Below are positions 43,281-58,135 of a stretch of 64,000 nucleotides of DNA, piece by piece. The notes beneath the pieces are model-generated. The model saw only the letters and a program-made list of their open reading frames with translations. It had not been told where the DNA came from and did no database searches. Within the stretch, counting starts at the first letter, position 1, and every line of letters begins with the position of its first letter. The position numbers and the translations under genes were made by a program. The DNA is from the human T2T-CHM13v2.0 reference genome, Homo sapiens, in the NCBI RefSeq assembly GCF_009914755.1, contig NC_060929.1; one strand, given 5' to 3'.

Positions 43281-43283
43281 AAC

Positions 43284-43590
43284 AGCTGGGCTCGGTGGCT
43301 CACGCCTGCAATCCTAGCAATTTAAGAGGCTGAGGTGGGCGGATCACTTGAGCTCAGGAGCTCAAGACCAGCCTGGGCAACATGGCAAAACCCGATCTCT
43401 ACTAAAAATACAAAAAATTAGCTGGGCATCATGGCGCACGCCTGTAGTCTTAGCTACTCGGGAGGCTGAATCACGAGAATCACTTGCACCCAGGAAGTGG
43501 AGGTTGCAGTGAGCCAAGAATGCATGACTGCACTCCAGCCTGAGCAACAGAGCAAGACTCTGTCTCAAAAAAAAAAAAAAAAAAAAAAAA
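43284..43590 (+). mobile_element. Alu (AluSz/Jb-like), full length
   Basis: Dimeric Alu, A24 tail, TSD AAAGAG(C/T)AACCAGAAAC at 43267-43283 and 43588-43604. Confidence 0.97.
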
Positions 43591-45712
43591 GAGTAACCAG
43601 AAACGAGATGAAAAAGACAGGGAACACAATAGAAAAAAATGGACAAAAGAAATGAACAGAATCCACATAATATAAAGGCAATGACCCTATGTGAAACAGA
43701 AGCTTAACCTCACTCTGAATAGAAACACAAATTAGAACAACATGAAGGAGTTTCAGTACCAAGAAGGGCAGGGGATTGTGTGTTGATTAGCATTCCTGAA
43801 TATAGCAATTATAAACACTGGACGCAGTATGATGAATGACTATTTGAAGACATTAGACTGCAGATAAGAGCAGGCAGAAGCTCAAGGGAATTGAACTTTG
43901 AAAGAAGGGATGTTCACTTGGAAAGATATATATTTATAGTATTTGGCTCCTGAGGGTGCTCCTCTCTCTATAAAGGAGAAGCTCAAACAGTAAACCAAAG
44001 CGCTTGAAATCAATATTTATCAGAGCATGGAGTCAGTGTCTCCAAAGCAGTTGGAAATCTGTGTGTGTATGTGTAAGATGTAGAAAGATATAGCCTAAAA
44101 AAATATAGTGGCGACTTTTCTATAGTAGAGATAAAGGATTTCATTTTCTTATTTTATCTTCTACTCTTCACATTTATAGCTTTTGTAAAAATGAAAATGA
44201 AAAACAAACAAAACAAAATAAAAATAAATAACCCGGATTTGTGATTCAGCTCTACCAACTACAGCGTGAACTTGAGAAAATTATTTGGTTTTATCAATTA
44301 TCTTTTTTTCTCAGTTAGCAGAAATAGTTCTGATTTCAACCACATATTATTCTTGTGAAGTTTAGTGGCCAAAATGCATTTAAATATCTTAGTGTAGTGC
44401 TTGACACTGGTATTAAATGCTAGGGATCATCATCTTCATTCACATCATTATTGGTGCCTGGTTAAATTTGTCTATTGAACAAATGAGTGAATCAATCAAT
44501 GAACAAGATCCATCTAACAACCACATGAGGAATTGGCCTGGTCTTCAGTTCTCTCATGCAAGTCAGCCATGCTCAGTCCTTGGAATAGCTGCCAAGGATA
44601 TCCTGGCTGAGCTGGCTCAAGTGGGATGACAAGATGACACTGATTAAAGACAGGCTGGTAAGCAATGAAAAGCAAAGTCACCTGAACAGTCACCTGCCTC
44701 TCCCCTCTGGCCACAGCAAGACAGCACACATCAGGGAGGCAAAGTTATTAGTGAAGTTAAGGAAACTAAAATCAAGTGTGTGCCAAAAGCAGAGGTTCAA
44801 AGGGTGCTATATATGACAAAGAGTGATACCAGCAGCTTCAGCTTAGTGGGTTCATATTAAAACAATCTTATAAACTGTCTTTTTTCCTCCACAAATGTTT
44901 CACTTAAGTTAATGGACACGAACTTATTTTTTTGGATACACTGAAATTATAGTCAGTTCCCCCAGTTCCCCTGGAGTTTACAGGAGAGAATAATGAGTGA
45001 GAGGGAACACAAGAGAGGGAAAAGGAATGTGTTTTAATGTCAGAAAGGAGTACCTTTTACAAATTTAATCTTAGAGCACTGGTCTTGCCTTACTTAGGGT
45101 ATATATTAGGAAATTTACTATTGGTAATACACTTAACAGTTGTAGGACTGGCAGTAATAATAGTGGCAGTATGACAGTATCTGTGGGAGTAAATTTGAAT
45201 ACTTACTCCACTTACTAGTATCCTGGATCCACAAAATACCAGGGAATTGATGTTCTTCATATTTCATAGAGGAGAGAACTCATGGACCTGACTGCTGTCA
45301 AAATTTCCTCCACCTGTCTATAGTGTACCCAGCTTAGAACCCAGCATGGCTGACCCCTAGCTTATCTACATTTTTCTTGTCCAATCACTTGCCCTTCTGC
45401 TACACTCCTCTAAACACATACTTATTTATTTATGATTCCACTAAAAACACGGAAACACAGACTGCAGATGAAATACCTCAGAGCCATCTCCTGAACTTCA
45501 GGCTCATATGCATCTTTCCAATGGTCAGTTTCACTTGGAGGTCCTCTATGAATTTCAAAATCAAATTGTCCTGAAAACATATCATCATCCCCTCCCTAAA
45601 CCTTCTCTTCTTTCAGTAGGAGAGTTTCCCTAGAGGGAAGAGAGTCACAAATCTTCCAGTTACTTACTCCTGAATCTTGGAAATCATTCCATGCTTCTTC
45701 TCTGTGCCTTGA

Positions 45713-46150
<438 letters not shown>

Positions 46151-46199
46151 TAACTGATGCCCTCTCAACCTTCAGCCTCAAACCCCCCTGGCCCTTTTT

Positions 46200-47055
46200 G
46201 CACTACTCTTCAACAATTCTCCCCTTTATGTGTGTTAGTTTTTGAACTATGAGAAGCATGGACACAATTGATCATTTCCTCCTTCTTGAAACACTTTCGT
46301 TTCCTTCATTTGGCAACTAGGTCACCACTCATGGTTTTCTTCTATGTTCCTGATCAAACTGTCTCAGTTTTCCCTTGCTGGTCCTTTTGCTTCTCCTAGA
46401 TGACTATTGGTAGTCATTCCCTGGGGTGAGCTCTTCTAACAAGATTATTTTAAAATACTATATTTATATGCTGATGACACATTTATACCTCCACTTGGAC
46501 CTATCGTCTGAACTCCAGAATTACACATTTGGCTGTATTGTTCTGTCTCAGATGCTTAACAAACATCTCAACTCTAACGTGTCCAAAATCAAACTCCTGA
46601 TCCCCCTTCCTTGACACAACTACTATTCCTACAGTCCTCCCCACCTCAATCAATGGAAATGGTATCACTTTGCTTGTTCAGGTTTTTGTTCTACCCAGTC
46701 TAGCACTCCTACTATTCCTAGAATAAGCCAACCATACTCCTTAAGGCCTATGGACTTGCTGGTCCTTCTATCCAGACTATTCTTCCCTTAGGCATCACAT
46801 CACTTTCTCTTCCCAAATGTTTCCCTAGCATCAGAACTTTCTCTGACCACCCTATAGAAAATAATAAACCTCAGAACCATTTTCTATTCCCTACTTGTAA
46901 TCATATGAAAGTCTCTATTTTTCTTTATTAATTTTCTCTCCCTCTGCGACAGTGTGAGCTCCGTAAAGGTAGGGAACTCACCTATTTTGATAGCTAGAGA
47001 AAGATGTGGTACATAATAGACATGCAAATATTTGCAGAATGGATGAATAAATGAA
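46200..47055 (+). mobile_element. L2 fragments
   Basis: GATCATTTCCTCCTTCTTGAAACACTT, CTGAACTCCAGA, GTCCAAAATCAAACTCCTGAT, 3' end AAATATTTGCAGAATGGATGAAT. Confidence 0.7.
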
Positions 47056-50000
47056 TATATCACCTGTTCCCTACAGCACTGTAGTTTATACATCTGCCTG
47101 GACTCTTATACTATATTATAATTATTAGTTAATTTATCTCTCACTAGACTACTCTTAAGATTAAGAGTACTCTTAAGGTTAAAGCTATGCCTTAATCATA
47201 CTAATATCCCTGTGGCTAGCAAGCAATTGGCATGTATTAAGCACTGTATGTTTTCTTTGTTTATTTGAAAGAAAGTAGAGAGGGGAGAGACATTATTAGC
47301 ATAGGCAGGTTAGCACAAAGTAACTGGGATTTATCACCTTCTTTCACTTGGAAAATTTTTTGTTTGTTTGTTTGTTTTGTTTTGTTTTTTTTAAGACTAA
47401 GATGTCTTTGCTTTTAAAATGGTCCATAATTTTTTTTTCCTCCAAGAGTAAAAGTTTAGAAGGTCATGAATGAACAGGCTGCCCACCTCTAACTTTCAGG
47501 AATCACAACCATGAACCATAGGTAAAGACAGAAACACAGAATTCTAAACACCATGCTGTCCTCCCCTCATTCTAAACTGAAAAATGTGTCTATTCAGAGC
47601 TCATAAAATATTAATGATGAAAGGAATCTTTGAGTCCAACCCCTACATTTACTTATAGGTAAACTGAGACTGGAAGAGATTTTTTTTTCTGCCACAGAAC
47701 AAGTTAATAGCACAGTCAGAATTCAAAATTAATTTTCCTTAATCCCAATTTAGTTTTAGTTTTCTAACACACCAAAGCCTCATCATTCCATATTTAAGAC
47801 CTCATTAATAGATATCCATAATCTTTCTCTTCATAGATATGAACCTAAACTTTGTATGTTAAAATGATAAAAAAAAATACATATCATCAGTGACTTACAG
47901 TTTGGGTGGGGAGTTGCTTAACAGAGCATCAACATGCTAACAAGGAAATAAAGAAGGTTAGGCTGTAGACACTGAGCTCCGATGGAAATTAAAATTGTCA
48001 GCATCAAGGTATATAAGTATAGCTCAAACCATCCAGTTAATTAACTTTTAAGTTCTTGATACTCACATTTCCCTTTGATTACAGTGAGAAAGATATTGGT
48101 GGGTTTGAATTGAGCTCTTGTTACCATCACTACTGAAAATGCAAGACCTTTCGCTGACAGATCAATACATATCTCTTCATTTAGACTCATGAATTGTTAG
48201 AGTATCCCTTTTTGGTCATCATTCCTAAAACAAACAAACAGAAACTATTCCCCAATCTTCTGTGACAACATTTATTTTATTTTCCTCTTTCCTATGGACT
48301 GTTCTAGTTTCTTTTTTTAATGATCTCATATGTTACTAATACTAAGAGTTGCATTGTCAGCCCTTCTGTCATCTTTCATACTTCACTTACACAATCTCAT
48401 TCATTCCCACAGTCTGGAATATCTACCCTCTCATGATTCCAAAATCCATGTCTCTAGCTCACTCTCCTAAATAGTGTTTCCTATATTCAATTCCTCATTG
48501 CACATAACTACCAGGAAACCTTGCAAGCACCTCAAACTCCACACATTCCAAACTGAAATCTTTTTCCACCTCCTTCATACCTTGTTTTTTTCTTCAGAAT
48601 CTCTGTCTCAGGAAAGGCACTATCTTCAACCCAGTCATTCAACCCAGAAACCTGGCGGTCATTATGGATGCTTCACTCTATGTGTATTTACCTCTTCATC
48701 CCCAGCCCCTCCTTCATATTCAACCAACCACCAAGTCCTGTGGCTTCCACCTAAAATCCCATCAGATCTCTATTTCATGGCAGGAGTTTCCGCATTGATA
48801 TCGAATGTACCGTCTCTGTCAGGGTGGTCTCATGAACCGCTATTGTCTTGCACAAACACTTGTGTTATACAGACACAGATGAAGAACTTGCAAGGATCAT
48901 CTGGGTTACCTCAGAGCAGGAAGGTATATTAATGTTACCATTGTTTTCTGAAGGTGGACAGGGACTTCAGTAACACAGACTTTGATGTCAGTCATACATA
49001 AAAAGAACACAGCTGGAACTTAAGAAAAAAAGGTGGCTCTCCAAAAATAATAAAAATGAATAAATATACAGACTAAAAACTATGAAATATTTAATTTATA
49101 ATAATTTTATTATCAGTATTATTTAAATGTTTGCTACAGTCCTGACACTTTGCTAAATATTTTCATGTAGTGCCTTATTTGTGTTATAACTTTACTAGCA
49201 TATGGTCTATTCGGCAAAGTAACTGTAATTAATCACCTCCTTTCACTTGGAACATATCCTTTTTTCCAGCCTAAGATGGCTTCACGTGTAAAATAGTCAA
49301 AGAAGAGGAAATTGAGGCCCAGAGAATGTAACTTACCTGCTACAATCACAAAACTTATAAATAACAGAACTGGGGAGAAGCCACCCTCTCTAACAGAGAG
49401 TTCAAGTGCTCTTATCTCTCCCCAAACCCACATACCTCCTTCTTTATTTGGGAGTCTCTGGACAGGGCAGTCTCATTGTCACTTCTCTCTTTGTTCATTA
49501 AACAGTCATTTCTCAGTTCTCAGGAGTTCCTAGAAGATAAAGTACTTCTGTCCACTCACATTCACATATACTGCCCAGAAGTCCCCTGGATCTCCCACAG
49601 ATTTTTCTAAGAATTCCAGCATCACATCTCTAAGTACCACAATCTCTATTACCAGTGTGTGATGTCTGAAATGTGCAGGCTACTTAGTCAGAAATGTTAG
49701 ACAGGAGGTAGGAAAGTGGCCTTGAATGGTGATCACACATTTCTGGAAATCTGGAAATTAGTATCATCTACAAAAAGGGGTGGTTTTCTTGAAGGGAATG
49801 TGTTTGTCAACAGTGGTCCAAAATGAGCCAAGAGAAGTAGCAATGCAAAACGGAACTTGGATTTCCCACCCACAAGATAGTTTTGAGTTTTGCCACTTCT
49901 CTTCCTCTAACAGCAAAAATAACTGTGAATTAGGAGTTGCTATATTTGGAATGAGAAGGCGTGGGGAACTCAAGCTCCTGAGGCCAAGGCAGGAGGTGGA

Positions 50001-50190
50001 TAAAGAGCAGCAATAACAAGTCATGTGAAATCACAACTTATTATCAGCAAGCAGGACAGCTCCATCTCCACCTGGATGCAGAAATCACCTTGGAAAAAGC
50101 CAGCAAGTAACTTAGCAAAACCCTCAGGACAAGCTCCTGGAAAATACTCCAAAGACACAGCTTCTTCAGAGCAAACCTTTATGTGAGTTT

Positions 50191-50222
<32 letters not shown>

Positions 50223-50228
50223 CGAAAA
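50191..50228. repeat. A12-(GAAAA)n simple repeat
   Basis: Read directly. Confidence 0.85.
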
Positions 50229-50830
50229 TCGCAGGAGTATGAGAAAAATCAGAGCTATCAGAGCAGAAAGGAAACAGATTATCCTGTCACACCTTTGAAG
50301 CAGAAACTGAAGTCCAAAAAGAGAATGGGATTCAGCCAAGGGCACACAGGATATTAGTAGCCGACAGTTGCTTTTAGGATTAAGATCCAAATCTCAAGTC
50401 CCCTGCATGATCTTCCAGTCTCTTTTCTCAACCATAATTTTAACTCATCTCATTTTACCTTTTAGTTTCCCTGATGCAGTATTTCCTAACCTTTTTGATA
50501 ATATAGAGGAATACTGGTATTCGTAAGATGCACTGGGGAAAACATATGACTCTTGTGTTCAGACATAATGAGCACTTGGGTCTCAGCCCACCTCCCGCCA
50601 CCTTCATGGACCTCGGCACCCTAACCAGAATGCTCTGCCGTAATGCATCATGCTTCCCTTGCTCCACACACATGTTATTCACCCTTGAAAGGCACTTCAC
50701 CTAGTTAGCTTGTACTACCCCTTCAGTTATCAGCTCAAGAACTCTTTCATCTAAGAAGTCATCTCTAAGTCACTGAACCCTCAGGACATTTTGACATGTC
50801 CTCCTAAAGAAGTGAATTATCTTCCTACAT

Positions 50831-53800
50831 TAAAATCCTAAATACACATACACCTAACTCTGGAGCTCCCAGATTCATAAAATAATCACTACTAGACTTA
50901 AGAAATGAGATAGACAGCAACACAATAATAGTGAGGGAATTCAACACTCCACTGACAGTGCTAGACCAATCATTGAGACAGAAAATCAACAAAGAAACAA
51001 TGGACTTAAACTACACTATAGAATGAATGGACCTAACAGATATTTACAGAACATTCTACCCAAGAACTTCAGAGTATACCTTCTTCTCATCAGCATAAAC
51101 AATTCTCATTCAATTTTTAAAAACTGAAATCATATTAAGTATTTTTTCAGATGACAATGGAAAACTAAAAGTCAACTCCAAAAGGTACCCATTAAACTAC
51201 ACAAACACATGGAAATGAAACAATCTGCTCCTGAAAGATTTGGGGATTAACAATGAAATCGAGATGGAAATTAAGAAAAATCTTTGAAATGAATGACAAC
51301 AGTGACAAAAGTTATCACAACCTCTGGGATACAGCAAAAGCAGTGCAAAGAGGAAAGTGTATAATGCTAGATGGCTACATCATTAGTGAAAGATCACAAA
51401 TTTGCAACCTAACATCACACCTCAAGGAACTAGAGAAACAAGAAGGAATCAAACTCAAAGCTAGCAGAAGAAAAGGGATAACAAAGATTAAAGCAGAACT
51501 AAATGAAATTAAAACAAAAAAAAACACAAAAGATCAATGAAAATAGGTGATTCTTTGAAAATATAAATAAAATTGACAGACCATTCACAAGATTAACCAA
51601 GAAGAGAGAAGATCCAAATAAACTCAGAAATGAAACTAGACATTACAGTCGACACCACAAAAATACAAAAGATCATTTGAGAGTACTATGAATACCTCTA
51701 TATACAAAAACTAGGAAATCCAGAGGAAATGGATAAATTCCTGGAAACATATAACCCTTCCAAATTAAATCAGGAAGAAACAGAAACCCTGAACAAACCA
51801 ATAATAAGCAGTGACATTGAATCAGTAATAAAAAGAAAAAAAAATTGCCCACCAAGAAAAAATCCCCAGGGTCAGATGGATTCACAGCCAAATTCTACCA
51901 TTCAAAGAATTGGTACCAATTCTACTGAAACTATTCCAAGAGATATAGAGAAAGAGGGAATCCTCCCTAACTCATTCTATGAATCCAGTATCGACCTGAC
52001 CCCAAAACCGGGAAAGAACATAACAAAATAATGAAAAAGAAAAGTACAGACCAATATCCCTGAGAAACATAGATGAGAAAATCCTCAGCAAAATACTAGC
52101 TAAATCCAACAGCATATCAAAGAGATAATACACCATGATCAAGTAGGTTTTATCCCAGGGATGCAGGTGTGGTTTAACATGCACAAGTCAAGAAATATGG
52201 TACATCCCATGAACAGAATTAAAGATCATCTCCATTGATGCCAAAAAAGCATTCAACAAAATCCAGGATCCCTTTATGATAAAACCCCTTAACAAATTTA
52301 GCGTAGGAGGGACATACCTCAAAATAATAAAAGCCATATATGAAAAACCCACAACCGACATCATACTGAATGGGGAAAAGTTGAAAGCATTCCCCCTTAG
52401 AATTGGAACAAGACAAGGATGCTCACTTTCACCACTTCTATTCAAACACAGTATGGAATTCCTAGCCAGAGTAATCAGGCAAGAGAAGAAAATAAAGGGC
52501 ATCCAAATTGGAAGAGAGGAAGTCAAACTGTAACTGTTCATCAATGATATGATTATATACCTAGATACCTAGAAAATCCAAAAGATTCCTCCAAAAGACT
52601 CCTAGATTTAGCAAATGAATACACGAAAGTCACAGTTACAAAATCAATGTACACTAATAAGTAGCACTACTATATACCAATGATGATCAAACTGAAAATC
52701 AAGCTGAGAATTTAATCCCTTTTACAATAGCTACAAGAAATAAGATGAAATACTTACGAATATTCTTAACGTAGAAGATGAAAGATCTTTACAAAGAGAA
52801 CTACAAAACATTGCTGAAAGAAATCATAGATGACACAAATGAAAACATATTTTATGTTCACGGATTAGAAGAATCAATATTGTGAAAATGACCATATTGC
52901 CCAACCTACAGATTCAATGCAATTCTATCAAAATACTAATATCATTTATCATAGAATCAGGAAAAAAAATCCTAAAATTCATATAGAACCAAAAAAGAGC
53001 CCAAATAGTCAAAGCAATCCTAAGCAAAAAGAACAAATCTGGTGGCATCACCTGAATTCAAATTATACTACAAGGCCATGTTACCCAAACAATGTGGCAC
53101 TGATATAAAAGTAGACACATAGAACAATGGAACAGAATAGAGAACCCAGAAGTAAAGGCAAATACTTAAAGCCAGCTGATCTCCAACAAAGCATACAAAA
53201 GCATAAACTGGGGAAAGGACACCCTATTTAATAAATTATTTAATAAATGATGCTGGGAAAACTGAATAGCCACATATGGAAGAATTAAATTGTATCTCTC
53301 TCACCTTATGTATAAAAATCAACTCAAGATAGATCAAATACTTAAACCTAAGATCTAAAACCATAAAAATTTTAGAAAAACACCTAGGAAAAACTCTTCC
53401 AGACACTGGCATAGGCAAAGAATTTTTTACCAAGACCCCAAAAGCAAATGCAACAAAAACAAAAATAAATAAATGGGACCTAATTAATTTTCTTTATCCA
53501 TTTGTTGCTGCACGGGCACTTAATTTGGTCTCAAATCTTTGCAATTTTTAATTGTGCTGCAATTAACATACGTGTGCAGGTATCCTTTTGATATAAGATT
53601 TTTTAAAGCTTCTGTTCAGCAAAAGAAATAATTGGAGTAAACAGACAACCCAGAGAATGGGAGAAAATATTTGCAAACTATGCATTCTACAAAGGACTAA
53701 TATCCAGAATCTACAAGGAAGCCAAACAAGTCAGCAAGAAAAAAAATCAAATAATCCAAATAAAAGTGGGCAACTGACATGAATAGACATTTTTCAGAAG

Positions 53801-54616
53801 AAAATATACAGATGGCCAAATGTGAAAAATGCTCAACATCACTAATCATCAGGAAAATATAAATTAGAACTACAATGAGATACCACCTTACCCCTGCAAG
53901 AATGGCCATTAGTATAAAGTCAAAAAACAGTACATGTTGGTGTGGATGTGGGAATGCTTATACATTGCAGGTGGGAGTGTAAATTAGTATAGCCTCTAAG
54001 GAAAACAGTATGGAGATTTCTTAAAGAACTAAAAGATCTACCATTTGATCCAGCAATCTCACTACTGGATATCTACCCAAAGGAGAAGTCATTATATAAA
54101 AAAGGTTACCTGAACATGTACGTTTATTGCAGCACAATTAACAATTGCAAAGATTTGGAACCAACCTAAGTGCCCATCGACCAATGAGTGAATAATGAAA
54201 ACAGGGAATATTACTCATTACTACTCACTATTCCAGTACACCATGGAATACTACTCAGCCATAAAAAAGAATGAAATAATGTTTTTTGCAGCAACTTGGA
54301 TAGAGACAGAGGCCATTATTTTAAGTTGGGGAACCCAGGAATGGAAAACCAAATGCCATATTTTCTCTTATAAGTGGGAACTAAGCTGTGGGTACACAAA
54401 GGCAGACTAAGTAGTATAATGGACTTTGGAAACTCAGAAGGAGGAGGGTGGGAGGTGGTTAAAGGATTAAAAAAACTACATATTGGTATGATGTACACTA
54501 CTTAGTGCACACGAGGGCACTAAAATCTCAGACTTCATCGCTCTACAGTTCATCCATGTCACCAAAACCCACTTGTACTCTAAAAGCTATTGAAATTTTT
54601 AAAATTAAAAAAAAAA
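50831..54616 (+). mobile_element. 5'-truncated L1PB3/4-type element, about 3.8 kb, inserted in an L2
   Basis: Decayed ORF2 ([31 protein letters not shown]), L1PB 3'UTR (ACTAAAATCTCAGACTTCA...AAAGCTATTGAAAT), A tail; degenerate TSD TGAATTATCTTCCT / TGGATTGCCTTCCT. Confidence 0.92.
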
Positions 54617-55388
54617 CACTGGATTGCCTTCCTGTAAAACATTAGTCACTTTGAAAATACACGTGCATTTGTGTGATTCTTTGATCTATATGTACCTTCT
54701 GATGAGAAAGTAGGCTGTCAGATCATAAGAATAAAGACAGTGTTTCTTTTGCTCATGATTATGCCTACAGCCATTAGCATATAACTTATATTAGGTTCTC
54801 GATAAATATTAATTGATAAAATGGCCAGAGTTCATATCCCAAGACTTCTAGATAAGTACTTGGCCCTCATACGCCTCTTTCTAATCATATTTTTTAAACT
54901 TAACAACTATACCTTTTTTCTTGCCCATGGAAAATTTCGTTAAATTTACAGGAGCAGTACTCTTCACACCACACTTTGGAAAAGACTGGGAAGTGGAAAG
55001 AGCAGAGGTCTAGGTGTTAGCAAACCTACATTCTAGTCCAAACTGATTATTACTTTCTACAGTCCCGCAGGGAAGTAACGGCCCCTCTCTTCTCCTCAGT
55101 GGTCTCATCTTTCAACAGACTAGCCCCTTCTAACCCCATTGTTCCATTTCTATGCTGTTAGAATATATTTCACACCAGTTTTCTCCATTTTTATAACTTA
55201 TCTCCAAGGTACCTGGTATCTATTGTTTTCTTCTGAATATGCCCATTGAGCTGTCTGTTTCCAGCATTCCCAAGGTTTTTCTCCCTTTTAGAACTGACTT
55301 GTTCCACTCACTTGGGGATTCTGATTACTTCTACAGTTGCTCCATTCAAGCCAGTCATATTTAGCTTAAGGGATAGTTTGTAGCTGGG

Positions 55389-55743
55389 TGTATTAGTCCT
55401 TTTTCATGCTGCTGATGAAGACATACCCGAGACTGGGAAGGAAAAGAGGTTTAATTGGACTTACAGTTCCACATGGCTGGGGAGGCCTCAGAATCATGGC
55501 AGGAGGTGAAAGGCACTTCTTACATTGCAGCAGCAAGAGAAAAATGAGGAAGAAGCAAAAGCAGAAATCCCTGATAAACTCATCAAATCTCGTGAGACTT
55601 ATTCACTATCATGAGAATAGCACGGGGAAGACCAGCCCCCATGATTCAATTACTTCCCCCTGATTCCCTCCCAAAACACGTGTGAATTCTGGGAGATACA
55701 ATTCAAGCTGAGATTTAAATAGGGACACAGCCAAACCATATCA
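55389..55743 (-). mobile_element. THE1C solo LTR
   Basis: TGTATTAGTC...CCAAACCATATCA; perfect 5-bp TSD CTGGG (55384-55388, 55744-55748). Confidence 0.93.
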
Positions 55744-56557
55744 CTGGGTAAATTAACACTGAATAGGGAAGCATTATTATTTTAATAAGTGCTCCTGGTT
55801 TCTTAATCCAAAATGGGAGAATTCAAGAACTATGGCATAGACAAGACATTTTGGGAAAGGTAAGACCTTTCAGTGACACAAGTAGCATTTTGGATAGCTG
55901 TCTATGTAAGATTGATGCTGAAAACAGATACTAAAATAAGTAAACCAATGAATTCCAATAAATGTATGGCTCAGTGAGTCTTCTCAGCTAAAACCCAAAC
56001 TATGCTGTTTCCCCAAGTGTAGGAAGGCACCCAGAGGGCAAGTCTATTGAGTCAGCAGGAAGATGGATTGGACGATATAGACCTGGCAAAGCCTGCAAGG
56101 GTACTGCGGAGGGGAAGATAGATGCCAAACCAGTTCACAACACACAGCGGGAACATTAGGAATGCCGTAGCAGAGAGGAAAGGAGGAATCCAACCCAGAT
56201 GCCTCACAGCTGGAAGTAAAAGCTGCTCATTGCTAGACTGTTATAAAGTAAATGATACACAGGAGTGGAAATTCACCTGTCCCTAGAGGTAAGAAGTACC
56301 CTTGCACCATCACTGAGTTTGGATTAGTTCTCTCACGTGAAAGTCCCTTTAGGACCTGATGAATTAGAAAGCAGCTCCCTCCCACAGCCCATCTGAAAAA
56401 CAGCTTTATAGGGCCAAGGAGCCCCTCAGCCCTGTGGTAAGTAAGGCTCCAGATCCACCAAAGTGAATACTCCACAGACCCCATTCTCATAAGTACTCTT
56501 CAGATTCTAGAACACAACCTCGTTCAAGATTCACTCTCAATAACTTTCCCTCTGTAG

Positions 56558-56778
56558 CAGGAATTGGCAAACATTTTTATGTAAAGGGCCAGAAAGTAAA
56601 TATTTTAAGCTTTATAGGCCATTCTGTGTCACAACTACTCACCTGAGTCAGGGTAGCATCAAAGCAGCCACAGACAATATGTAAATGACTGAGCGTGTCT
56701 GTGTTCCAATAAAACTTTATTTACAAAGAGAAGTAGTAAGCTGAATTTAACTCATGGGCTGCTATTTGCCAATTCCAG
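56558..56778 (+). mobile_element. MER58A hAT MITE
   Basis: CAGGAATTGGCAAAC...GTAAAGGGCCAGA...GTGTTCCAATAAAACTTTATTTACAAA...TTTGCCAATTCCAG terminal inverted repeats. Confidence 0.88.
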
Positions 56779-57884
56779 CTTTACAGAAGTTAAGGCAAAA
56801 CATTCAACACCTCCTCTCTTGCCATTTGCATAAACCTAATACTCCAACAGGAAAGATCTCTGAAGTCCCCTAACTCACAGAGTTGGAATAACTGCCCTAA
56901 TCCATGAGTTCTTTACTCTCCCAGGCTATACCTTACCCTAATTCTTCAGTAAAACTTAATCACAGCCAAACCTTTGGGCTTTATTCATTCAGTGTTCTAA
57001 TTTTAGGACACAAGACAGCAAATATAATGGCACAGTGGGAAAGAGCACCGTAGATGCAACAGAGGATTATCAATGGTATAAATAGTTCTACCATGTCTAC
57101 TGTTAAGAAAACTGGACTTAGGAGTCTTACTCCTTAGCTTTATGTCCGACTAGACTAGGGATTAATGACCAGAGACAAGATGATTACAGGTGAGGGAGTT
57201 ACTGGCAGACTTTATTGATTAAAAATGTGAATAAAAGTATAAAATAAAAAACAGAGAAAGATGCAATGCCTTAGACTACCAGTCACAAGGCCAGAGACCT
57301 AGTCATGGATATGACTACTGGTCTTTAGGTCTTGAATTAAGTCTCTCAGACCAATTTTTCTCATTGGGGAAACAAGTGGACACATCCTGTCAGCTCCCTA
57401 AATAACATGCTGTAAAGACTCTTGCTAAGCTTTTGAAAAAACTCAAACTTTTTCTTGTCTCTTATGACTTTACCCTTCACAAGTTACTCTGAAGCCATGG
57501 GTTGCATGACACATCCACCCCTTACCCACAGACCTCTATGCAGTGTTTTCTTCTAGGTAGATTATTACTTAGGCTCCATGTCCACCATGCCTCTCAATTT
57601 TGTTTATCCTTCTAGTATCTAGTTAGACAGCTGTCTTATATTTTTCTTGGCTCCCTAAAACTTGATTTGATGTTCCTTTTTTAAGATAAGCCCATATAAC
57701 TCACTTTCTCTATTGTTATTCTCATGACACATTACTATACTTGCTTGTTCACCCTACTAGGCAGTGACTTATCTGAGCACCATAATTTTTTGCACTCTGC
57801 ATTGTATCACCAAAGTCTAGTTCTCTTCCTGACATATAGCATCAGCTCAATTTGCTGAACTAGCTAATTAATAAGATGGGACCC

Positions 57885-58087
57885 TGTCTTTCTTCTTCCA
57901 CACAAGGGATTCTTGTGATTACATTGGGCCTACCCTGATAATCCAGGATAATCTCCTTAGTTTAAACCAGCTAATTAGCAACTTCCATCTATCATTTTAA
58001 TCCCCCCTTGTCATGTAATATAACACATTCACAAATTCCAGGGATTAGGGCATAGCCATCTCTGGGGTCATTATTCTGCCTACTGTA
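57885..58087 (-). mobile_element. MLT1-family LTR fragment
   Basis: CTTGTGATTACATTGGGCC...ATAATCCAGGATAATCTCC...CATTATTCTGCCTAC. Confidence 0.75.
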
Positions 58088-58135
58088 CTGCATCAGGTCA
58101 AAGAGTGACTTTGTAGCATGCCAAGTGACAGAAGA

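Noticed and set aside
48474-48932. 152-aa ORF
   Set aside because: Non-ATG start, first half lies in L2-like sequence, no recognisable domain or convincing splice sites.
53225-53248. 12-bp tandem duplication TATTTAATAAAT in L1PB
   Set aside because: Ordinary slippage indel.
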